From Octopus sinensis (lineage: Eukaryota): a stretch of 64,000 bases of DNA. Shown piece by piece: positions 52,963 through 64,000 of the stretch. Every line of letters begins with the position of its first letter. The first letter of the stretch is position 1. Location: the NCBI RefSeq assembly GCF_006345805.1, contig NC_043012.1:19158001-19222000 (forward strand). The letters are read 5' to 3'. A program made the position numbers and the translations under genes. The notes under the pieces are model-generated. The model did not search any database and had not been told where the DNA came from. It saw only the letters and a program-made list of their open reading frames with translations.

Positions 52963-54603
52963 TATATAATTTTGGAGATAATGACTTCCGAATTTCATCA
53001 AATAAATGAAATTGCATGATTAAATTTTATATACCCAAGCAATTAGCTTCTCATATGTATATACGTTCAGTGTCCACACATTCATACACATACTCGTTCA
53101 CTTGTACGCATATGCATTCATCGATGTTTAATTACATATATAAATGTGTATATAATAAAATGTGTGGAAGTAAATAAAACCTGCAGCATCATCAATGTAT
53201 AATAAATTCAGGAAATCTGTTGCATACCTGACTAAGATAGCTAACAAGATTTTGCTCTATCTTCATACAACCGCTCAGTAATAATATTTGCTCCATTATC
53301 TGAACAGGGGCAGTTACCACGAGTGCTTTTAATAAATTCTCATCCACTCATCCAGGGTTTCTTCACTCACTGTCTATTATAATCTATGAAATCACACTGA
53401 TTTCAGTTCATCCCTGACACACACTATCATCAGTTTTGCAACACCGTAACTGTCCTCTCTACCAACATCCTCAATGCTTATACAGGAGCTATAAAGAAAT
53501 ACTCCCTCTATCATCTAAAAGCCTTTGCAATCTCAATAAACACGAATCGGAACAAATTTTTTTACACCTTTAATGATTTTAGTGTACCGAGGTCAATTAG
53601 CTTCGGCGAACGGGAACAATATCACGGGAAACGATTTCATCATGTTTTGCTTTGGTGTGTATAAGCAACAATTTCCGCAATTACACTGCATGAAACGCTG
53701 ATCCCCTTAACTGGATATTACATGCCAAAATCCTATATTATCTCTTTTGTTTAACCCATTTTATATTATGCTTTGTCCATCTCTCATTTGGTATATCAAT
53801 ATTATTTTGCCTGTACTGTTTTACTCCAATTGAATTATCATTTATTACATGACATTTGTCATGATTATTTCTATCTATATACGCTTCGTCACCTTATATT
53901 AAACCTACATTAATTCTATAAACAGAAATTAACGAAATACTAAAGATTTATCGAAATATTTCAGATATTGGCAACATAGCATTGGCGTAAGTAATCCTTC
54001 TCCCGTATTTGCATGCAGAACACATAATCAAATCGTAAAGGCGATTAAACTGTTGAACATCAGCATTTGTAAGGAACCGTTAATGTTAATATGACATGTA
54101 TAACATGTCATACATGTTGTTAAATGTAGACACCCGAGCAGCAAACAGAAATAGTCTTTCATGATTTCTAACAGTATATAATCATAATGTAGATTTTTAC
54201 GAACAATGATTGTAAAGGCGTATAATTTTACGATATTTCACTTGTCTATAAACTTTCGGTCACATTATTTTATAGACATCATATTACCTTCTATCTACTG
54301 AAAACATCATGCCACGATACCAATTTTATTCAAAACCATGCGATTTCCTAATATACTCCCCTACATATTTCATAACGCCGCAGCACAATCTAGTTGTAAA
54401 CGGTTTGTTCTTTAGTATTCTCCCTAGCTACACAAACGTCAAATAACGCCTCTCTTTATCTCATCAAAAGTCATTATTCTACCAATGTAGAATCCGAACA
54501 AGTGCCAAGATTTCGAACTAACAATTCTTTGATGGTGAGCTACTTTCAGGGCACTTACATTTTCCACTGACTATATATATAGATATATGCATTTATATAT
54601 ATA

Positions 54604-54642
<39 letters not shown>

Positions 54643-56729
54643 GTGTGTGTGTGTGTGTGTATGTGTGTGTGTGTGTGTGTGTGTATGTGTGTGTCTGTGT
54701 GTGTGTGTGTGAATTACATCGAATCTGACCCAAATCTGCAAGCACGTGTCTGCTGAATAGAACCTTACTGATGTTCAATGTATCAGCATCGCGATAGCAT
54801 AACCGACTGATATTTTAAAGTAACGTAACTATATTGATTTCAAATTTTGGCAAAGTGCCAGAAATTTTCTACGTTGCAAATAAATCAACTAGATCAATCC
54901 CAGTATTCAACTGTCACCTACTTTATCGACCCCCAATGATGAAATGTAAAGCAGACTTCGCAGAAATTTGAAATCACACCACGAAGACACAAGTAAGCAT
55001 TTTGCTCGGTGTCTTAACCACTCTTCCAGCTCGTGGCCTTACGTAAAGGTGACTATATTTTACAGCAAATATCGAACAATATACAAATATAGTTTTCACT
55101 CACCTAAATGCAAATGTTACCGGCTTTTATTGTCACTGTACTTTATTTATCCAATCCAAATACCACCTCCGTATATTCAATTCAGCCAAAATATGTGATT
55201 ACGCAACTTATTTGGAAAGCTCTCAGTCGATGATAAATCTTAGATTAAGCTCAAAAACTAATCATAAAAAAAGTGGTTGAAATGCAATTTAAAATACTAA
55301 ATACAGTTTTTATACGTTGTGATAGCGGCTACCAAGTAGAGAGATCGATCCATATTATCTTAAATGCAATTGTCACGATGAAAACTTGAAGAAAATCACT
55401 TACAATATGTCTTAGAGTTACATGCAAATAAACACGCAGGCACAGAAGCAGACCAACACACGCACGCACAAACACAGAGTATGTCAATTAATTACTATAC
55501 GTCAGTTTTTTCCTACCTTGATAAGAGCACTCATCAGATCACATAACAATACCGAAAACACGCACAAGCAGCCCGCATATAGTCATATTGTTTGGAAAAA
55601 AAACCCTTTCAGAAGACATTCCGATATAGTGATACATGCTGCATTCCTGAACAATATGATCAGTAAATGAATGAGTTTCACTGTAAAAGCAACGTTGGTA
55701 AAATACACACTGATAAAAAAATATTTTCTCAAAAGAATCCATATTCATCAGGATATTTAATAATGAAGTGTAGGAAAATCATCGATATAGAAAAGCAGCA
55801 AAATACCTTACAACACCTTACAAGATCACAAAACTACAAAATGACAGTCGTTGACGACTTGAAAACCGCGATGTTAAAAACAATTTAAAACGTGATATCA
55901 CTTTATCAGAGATAATTTTAAATATGTATAAAGGAAGAAATTCTCTTTGTTCATGAAAATCCAGTCCTTTCCATTGAAATCCACAACCAAAATATATAGC
56001 AAGTAATGCAGCATTTTGGTAGTAGGTAGCTGACTGAAATTGCCCAGTGAATGGTATCACTATATACGTAAAAACCCAATTAACAATATTCTTTGGCTTA
56101 CACCTAGCGACATGAAACGTAAGAGAGTGATTATATCTACAATTATCTCATAGATATACCTTGACTGATTGAACGTCTATCTGATTCGCCTCAATATTAA
56201 TTACCAATGTAGTAATTGAGTAAATGATAATGGGATTCCTAAAAGATGCGTGTGTGTGTGTGTGTGTGTGTGTGTTTGTTTGTGTGTGTGTGCGCGCGTG
56301 TGTAAGATTTTAATATAAATAGTTAAATGGAGTACGGTGAGCTGGCGGATTTATTAGCACGGTGGGCAATATGCTTAGCGGCATTTCGTCCGAATTTACG
56401 TTCTGAGATCAAATCACGCCGATGTCGACTTTACCTTTTATCGATAAAACAAATATCACTGCAGTCGATGTAATCGACGTACAACCCCAAATTGCTAGTC
56501 TAGAAAAAGAGTTACTGAAATGTGCAAAATGCAGTCAATTTGTAGTGTTTTTAACATTGTTTTGCGATGTAAACAATGTTGATTTAAATGGGAAATAAAA
56601 CCGACTCACTAATTCAATTTTCGTGCCTGATAATATAGTAATACAGGTTATTACGTAGCCCAATGGGGAGGAGCATTTGTCCGACAGGTACCATTCGGTA
56701 GGTGTGGTCTTAGCATTTTTTGTCAGGTA

Positions 56730-57934
56730 AAGCCATGACGCTGAGAACGATAGAGCATCGCGTGTTTGCCTACGACAGTTACGTGAAGAATAATGAGTGT
56801 CACAGCAGTTCAACGTGAGTTTTGACGCCACAAAAACATTCACCGAAATCAAGTTGTTCCCAACCGCAACACATTTTACGTTGGGTGAATGGGCTTCGTA
56901 CACATGGCATACTAATGAATAAAATACCAGTGGGGTCGCCACGGACGGCACGGTCCCCAGAAAATGTAGAACACGCGAGACAAGATTTGATACGGATTAA
57001 GAATCGCGCTGTTCGATGGCATTCTACTGAACTTGTCATCAGTAATCGATTCCTAAGGGGTATTTTGCTTGAAGTCCTGCATTTCGACACCTACAAATTG
57101 GTCATTGGGCAACACTTAAAACCATGTGACTATGCACGGCATCTTAACTTCACACTTCAGATGGAAGCAAATGTTTAGGCAAATGGCAACCTCATTTGGT
57201 TAATGAGTGATGAAGCTCACTTCGAACTCAATGGCATGGTGAATCAACAAAATTGTCATTATTGGGCTCTTGAAAATCCGACAGAACTGTACGGAAAACC
57301 ACTGAACCACCCAAAAGTAATGGTCTGGTGTACTGTTGGAAAAGCTGGCATCATTGGTCCTTACCTTTTTAAAGACATTAATGGAAACACTGTAAACTCC
57401 GAGCGTTAAATCGATCGAGATAATGAACAACATATTTGTGCCTGAATTACGACGGAAACATTCTTATTCGACGTGTGTGGTTTCAGCAGGACGGGGCAAC
57501 GGCCCACAAAGCCAAAACACCAATGTACCTTCTTCGCCCTCTCTTAGGTGACCGCCTCATTTTCAGATTTGCTAACAATTCTCCGTCGCCTTGGTCCCCT
57601 GATTTTCTATGTGTGATTATTTCTTGTGGGAAAATCTCAAGGCACGTATGTGTGCGCATACGCCACGTGCATTGGACCATTTAAAGGAAACTATTCGCGT
57701 GGAATTCGCCCAAATCAGCATAGCAATGCTGGAGAGAGTGGAGTCCAGGTTTCAAGAAGGCCTTTAGAAATGTATCAATGAAAACGGACACCACATGATA
57801 GATGTTGTTCACTTAATTTTGACAAATGTTAATTGAATACAAACTCATTGCTGTCAATACAATTTGTTTGAAGCTAAAATTAATGATTTTGTGAAATTTT
57901 TCAAAAACATCCGTACTCTCTGCCCCACACTGTA
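56730..57934 (+). pseudogene. Tc1/mariner (maT/rosa-like) transposase pseudogene
   Basis: GSPRTARSPENVE; MSDEAHFELNGMVNQQNCHYW; VMVWC...IIGPYLF; WFQQDGATAH; PWSPDF; end ...ccccacactg-ta. Confidence 0.85.
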
Positions 57935-58581
57935 TAAGGCTTATCTTTGTTTTGATCATTGTTTGTGAATATTTTCTGACTCACGGGGAGCTGAAAGTGA
58001 CTGTTAATGTCAACTCAAGCAAAAATACTTCTAATGAATACAAATTTAAATTTCGACATGTCAAAAGTAAAAATTTATTGCATTCGTTTTTTCTCCGTAA
58101 CTTGGATATTTTCAGCTGAAAGAAATTGCTGAATATATAAGACCGAAAACTTGTAGGGAAACAACGAAGAAAAATGAATAAATAAATGAATAAATAAAAA
58201 TAAAAATTGTGAAGCGATTAACTTCTCTACAAAAAGGCTACCTTGAAATAAATGTCACCGTTTACCATGAATATACTGGTGCACATGATAAAAAAAGTCT
58301 TAGCATTTTGAACTTCGATGTCGGAAAAGATGCGCTCCAAACGATTTTTAAAAATATAACGATGCATATTTTCTAGAGACAAATTTTATGAAATAGATGA
58401 CTGACTTACAGAGCGATCTGAACACTGAAATCGAAACGACATAGGTTTAGGTAATAATTTCCTAAAATCAGTGGCCTCGGGTTTGGGAATGTCTGCTGAG
58501 CGATAATACATCTAAAACCATTCAAATATATTGCAAGATGATTTTATATGTAAAACAGGCTTGCAAAAAATTCAAATAATC

Positions 58582-59160
58582 TTTTCTACACTAGGCACAA
58601 GGCCCTACTTTTTATGGGGGAGGGCAGTGGTTCAAATCGATCCCATGACACAAGTATTACTCAATTTATCGACACCGACAGTAATGAAAGTCAAAGTCAA
58701 ACTCGGCGGAATTTGAACTCAGAACGTAAAGACAGACGAAACCCTATTTCTTTACTACCCACAAGGGGCCAAATACAGAGGAGATGAAGAAGGACAGACA
58801 AACGGATCAAGTTTATTATATCGACCCAGTGCGTAACTGGTACTTATCTAATCGACCCCGAAAGCATGAAAGGCAACGTCGAACTCGGCGGAATTTGAAC
58901 TCAGAACGTAGCGGCAGATGAAATACCTATTTCTTTACTACCCACACGGGGCTAAACACAGAGAAGACAAACAAGGACAGACAAACGGATTAAATCGATT
59001 ATATTGACCCCAGTGCGTCACTGCTACTTAATTTATCGACTCCGAAAGGACGAAAGGCAAAGTCGACCTCGGCGCAATTTGAACTCAGAACGTAACGGCA
59101 GACGAAATACGGCTACGCGTTTCGCCCGGCGAGCTAACGATTCTGCCCGCTCGCTGCCTT
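58582..59160 (-). mobile_element. SINE family C with three tandem internal units (~180-bp period)
   Basis: ctcggcg.aatttgaactcagaacgta at ~58702, ~58884 and ~59068; a single head at 59100-59160. Confidence 0.85.
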
Positions 59161-60184
59161 AAACAATTTAAATTATACAAATGCCTCAATACACATGTAC
59201 ACAAATAACATTTTATAAACCTTTGTTAGGATGCCAATGCTTTTCCGGAAAGATAGGTCAGTGAGACTTATTGATGACCGTAGAATATACATGGTAATTT
59301 CTCCAGGTACAATCCCAAATATTAGTAAAGAAGAATATAATCAGTACTTACTTCTGCAACATAATAAATGAACATTAAAGATTTTATATCTGCAACGCAA
59401 ATAGTTTAATGGCTACCTAGTAGTGTTAGTAGTAACACCACTCGTTACAAGATTTATGCCCATCACATCTACTGAGAAGAAAATACATATATACTTTAAG
59501 TTTAGATAAAATCGAAGATTTCGTATATATTGCAATATTTGTCACGAGTTTGTGGTGAGAAATGAACGACGTTACATGGAATTTACCCAACTTTTGATAT
59601 CGATCTATTTATCACAATACTACTACCTGTCCTGACTTCTCGGTCAAGATTATTTAGCGTGACCCATTTCCATCTACTGGTATATGCATAGCAAAGTAGT
59701 GCCAATTCAACGATTTATTTACTCTCAAATATATATCACAATACGTATTTGACACATCAGTATAAAGATTAGAGTATTATGTCGCATCTAGCATTGCAAC
59801 ACGTATAATCCGATCGTGTAGAATGTGACAAGCCATATACGACTTGACATTGCATTATGATGGCTAAATAACCAAATACACATTGCTGAGAGCAGCAATA
59901 TGTACAACGGAAATGATTATATTATTACGGCATAGAATTGGGTGTGTGTGAATTATGCTGATATAAGGATGCTGAAGCAAAATTGAAACAACTGAGATTT
60001 GCTACAAATGATTTAGATAAGCCATCAAATCAGAAAATTCTTTTTAGCAAATACACTGAACGAAGAAAGCACGTGCTAATGTCTAATTAATGTCAACGTT
60101 TGTGTGTGTGTGAAAAGTTACGGTAGATTACAGAAATTTTTATTATTATTAATTATTAATTTTAGAGAAATACGAAATTTAATA

Positions 60185-60560
60185 CTATGAAGGTCCTCGG
60201 AGTTCAGTGTATTTGTGGTTGTACCCTAACTACTTGCTGGAGCTCGCACTAATGTGAATGAGTCCAAGTTCATTGCCGCATCTAACTCTATCTTCTTCAG
60301 TTTGGTGAACAACCAAAAGTTACATCAAGCAAGGTTTGAACTGTAGGGAGATTAAGGCAAAGTTTTGATGTCAATCTCTGTAAAATATCCAGCTACCATG
60401 ATGGATTTATGGACTGGTGAAGTATCTTGTAGCAGGTGTTGAAACATCAGTAGACATAGATTATATTCTTGCTGTCGCAAAAGGAGATCATCGTGGTCTT
60501 TCCGGTGGACTTGTTTTACCTGGTTTCTTGGGCCAACGAGAAACAAATGTTCGTCTGATT
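60185..60560 (-). pseudogene. Mariner transposase relic
   Basis: TMISFCDSK, LLQDTSPVHKS (~LHHDNAPAH), LP*SPYSSNLA*CNFWLFTKLKK (~PPYSPDLAPCDFWLFPKLK). Confidence 0.7.
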
Positions 60561-60913
60561 CAGGTTAATTCATAAGCAGAATGGAGCATTTCGTATGTTT
60601 CTGATGTTTTATAGCCTCGTTCAACGCACCGCAGCATAGATAGCTCCGAGAATGTCTTCTTGTCTCAAATGCATTTTCCAAAGTAGTAAGCCGGGAAAAG
60701 CAATGTTTTGTAGGATTATTTTAAAGTATTGTTACAGTCCTCTCCTTCAATCTGGAAATATAAAACAATGGGAGATCTACGTCATTGATGTATAATGGTG
60801 ATATACTTATTTTACAATAATCAAAAAAAGACACGACTAAATTCAATGCATCGGAGTCCAACAATAGCTTAATTGGTCGACATTTCGAAATCACTGTGAA
60901 TAATATTCTGATG

Positions 60914-60947
60914 TAATAATAATAACATAATGATAATAATAATAATA

Positions 60948-61023
<76 letters not shown>

Positions 61024-61085
61024 TGTTATTATTATTATTATTGTTGTTGTTGTTATTATTATTATCATCATCATCATTATTATTA

Positions 61086-61159
<74 letters not shown>
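60914..61159. repeat. (AAT)n immediately followed by (ATT)n, an inverted microsatellite
   Basis: The strand switch is visible at ~61022. Confidence 0.9.
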
Positions 61160-61161
<2 letters not shown>

Positions 61162-61581
61162 ACAATTCAGAGATGACATCAGATTACGACCTGGCCTCGA
61201 TAAATGTACAAAAGCTACCTATATCAAATGAAAAATGACAGAAACATTCAACGTTAATCTTAACCAGTAGAATGTCATAAAGGATCTAGAACACGCGAGA
61301 GTTACAAATACCTATGGGTATTTGAAGGGGATGGAATCAAACATTCACCGATGATTGAAAGGATCAAAAGAGAATGCCATCGCAGCGTAAGGGCAATATT
61401 CAAGACAGAGCTGAATGCAAGAAACAGGATCGAAGCAATCAATACTTTAGCCACACCGGTCGTGATTTACAGTTTCAATATTATTAACTGGTCAATTACT
61501 AAAATGTGTAATCTTGACGGAAAACTAGGAAAATGTTTGGCAAGGCACAGGATTCACCGTCCTAAGGCAGATATAGAATGA
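61160..61581 (+). pseudogene. R4/Dong-like RT fragment
   Basis: KQFRDDIRLRPGLDKCTKAT (~FSxDIxMxFGLDKC), SYKYL, IFKTELNARNRIEAINTLATPVVIYSFNIINW. Confidence 0.8.
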
Positions 61582-62009
61582 CTTTTGTCTCAGTGCAAGT
61601 CACTGATCTCGTCGGAATATGTATTTCATTCCTGGTTTCTTAATCTGGGAGGCAGTCTATATAGGGATAACGATCGCTACACAATTTATATTTGTAGCCA
61701 AGTAGAAGCGAATACGTTTAAGAAATGACTACTTCATTCTTCCAAATATTCGAAGTATCTGTTAGTAGAGAAAATAATTAATATAAGGTCATTTTTTTGA
61801 TGTAACGCTTAGTCTGGATATCGGAATAATTGAACCATATCATAAATCGAACGACAATGTAAGATATGTAAATATAAATCCAGTTTCCCACTACTCTGTC
61901 ATAAAACTAATTATAAAGAATATATCCAGTGCCATATCCAAACTTGTGGCAAAGAAAATACTTGCTGGCGCATTATTACAATGCAGCATTCGATACTGCC
62001 GTATATATG

Positions 62010-62620
62010 AGAAAATCAAATCCACGAAACACAAGGAGAGATCTGTTTGTATCTCCACTGCCTGTTCTGTTATTCGCAATTAAGAAAAATAGAATTCTTA
62101 GCACCAGAACACATTATATAGCTAAACAGTTTTAAACAGTTTAATTCCAATCTCAGATGTTATTCTGTTTCTTTCCCGCAGAAGTAAAATTCGCAGACTG
62201 ATCTTTGTGACGTGACTCATGAGAGTAAATCTTCGATGTTGTTCATGGGTCGTTGCTCCTTATTTACTGTGGCAGTGTAATGAAGATGGATTTCCTTAGA
62301 CTTTCTGGAAAATTCCCATCATCATACATCTTGTTTATTACATCTGTCAGTTTTCTAATTCCATATTACTCTAATGTTTTCATTAGCTCAATAACTATTC
62401 CGTCTGCCCCAGCAGATTTGTTTTTCCTCGTTATTTTGATGACTGCGTTTATTTCAGATGGCAAGGTAGTTGGAACATCATTAGAGTCAGGATAATCAGG
62501 CAAAACTGCTCTCGCATGATGAAATAAACATCTATCTCTATCCATCAATTCAAAATATCAATCTTCTCAACCAACATGGTACCATCATTTGCTCTGATAC
62601 CCACAGAATTTGAAATTTTC
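62010..62620 (-). pseudogene. RTE-clade RT relic
   Basis: LPSEINAVIK...NKSAGADGIVIELMK; INKMYDDGNFPESLRKSIFITLP; DLSLCFVD. Confidence 0.8.
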
Positions 62621-63204
62621 TATTGATAGATAGATAGATAGATAGACAGACTGACAAAGCGCATATGATGAGAACAGAGGCTGACCTCAATACAGTTTCA
62701 TATGAATGACTATATTTGTTGAATGATGCAACTATAGAATGTCACACGGCTTCGAGTGTTTAGAACAAAACTAGTAAATAAATGAATATTTAGGGGCATG
62801 AAAAATATTATTTATTTTTACTCCTATTTTTATGCAATATTATTTTTATTCCTATTCTAAACACTTAAGTATTTGTTTCTAATTTTTTTCTCTCTTCAAT
62901 TTCAATTTCTATTTGGATTTTATCTAACTTTTCGCTTCGTAATTTCGAAATATTTGAATCTCTTATTGCATTCAATTTAACTTTAAAATATTTCATTCTT
63001 AGCCTTAAACTTTAGAGTTTCTCAGAGTCATTTATATATTTTATTATTCAAATTTTATGGCCCAAATTTTACTATACAATTATGACCTGAATATCGCGTC
63101 CTTTAATGTTTTATTTGAAAGAAATTTTACAATATATACTTTATTCGTTCTCATTTTGGCTCTCTCTATGTTTAGCTCCTTGTGTGCAATAAATAAACAA
63201 GAAT

Positions 63205-63395
63205 AGTTAGCACGCCGGGCGAAACCCGTAGCAGTAGTTTGTCTGTCTTTACTTTCTGAGTTCAAATTCCGCCGAGGTCTACTTTGCCTTACATCCTTTC
63301 GCGATCGATAAATTAAGTACTAGTTGCTTAATGGGGTCGATCTAATCGACTGGCCCCCTCCCCCAAAATTATGGGATTTTTGCTTAGAGTAGAGA
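63205..63395 (+). mobile_element. SINE family C
   Basis: gttagcacgccgggcgaaa...ttctgagttcaaattccgccgaggtc...gataaattaagtac. Confidence 0.8.
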
Positions 63396-63396
63396 A

Positions 63397-63433
<37 letters not shown>

Positions 63434-64000
63434 CGCCACTGTAGCATGTGTGTGATAGCTACTTAAAAAAAAACCTTAATGGTATTGCTTAATTGTAAAT
63501 CTATGATGTATAATAAGCACTATGCAATACGATATAGCAGAATGTAGAATCTTGTATATATTTGTAAGTATATTTCTTCGAAAAAAATGGATACGATTCT
63601 TTTTTCTGCGTAAGCAGACCCCAATTATTTTCTTGCAATTCTAGATCTTTGATAATAAAAATAGGATGGTATCTTTCAATATATGAATATTTTATCTTAT
63701 TTTCGTTAGTTTCTCACCTGAGTAAAACATATGAGGTAAATGTATTTTGTTTACGTTAGTGCAGAAACAGGATTCGTGTTTGCTATCTTTATCTTGTCTA
63801 AGTGACGTAAGATATGATCTTGAAAGCTAGGGGGAAAATATTCTCATGATTAAGTGTGAGGACGTCGACGTAGTTACAAACCTGAAAGCCTCTTATGCTT
63901 TCGAATTTAATAACATTCAATTGATGTCTATGAATTTCGTAACATGTGTTGTCTTCATATAGATGTAAAATGTGGGGGTGTTCACGGAGATTGACAACTC

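Overview
AT-rich, repeat-dense eukaryotic DNA with no recognisable host exon, so probably intronic or intergenic. The repeat content (abundant (TA)n/(CA)n/(AAT)n/(GATA)n tracts and three tRNA-headed SINE families) suggests an octopus or other cephalopod genome; this is inference, not a database result. Nearly all ORFs in the track are microsatellite or SINE read-throughs. The interpretable content is a nested set of mobile elements. (1) A young, 5'-truncated Penelope-like retroelement (PLE; RT C-terminus plus GIY-YIG) at about 18754-22160, with ~900-bp inverted arms that each carry an intact-looking type I hammerhead ribozyme. (2) A second PLE family (16658-17797; split copy at 5720-7225) whose terminal repeat carries tRNA-like A/B boxes, an (AAT)n tract and a minimal hammerhead. 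(3) Further degenerate PLE and hammerhead relics. (4) A ~3-kb ORF1(gag)-only non-LTR element inserted with a 7-bp TSD into a SINE head, itself carrying a MITE with an 8-bp TSD and telomere-like repeats. (5) R4/Dong-type fragments in (AAT)n, plus RTE, CR1/Jockey-like and R2-Hero/NeSL-like LINE relics, several Tc1/mariner relics and Helitron-like non-autonomous elements.
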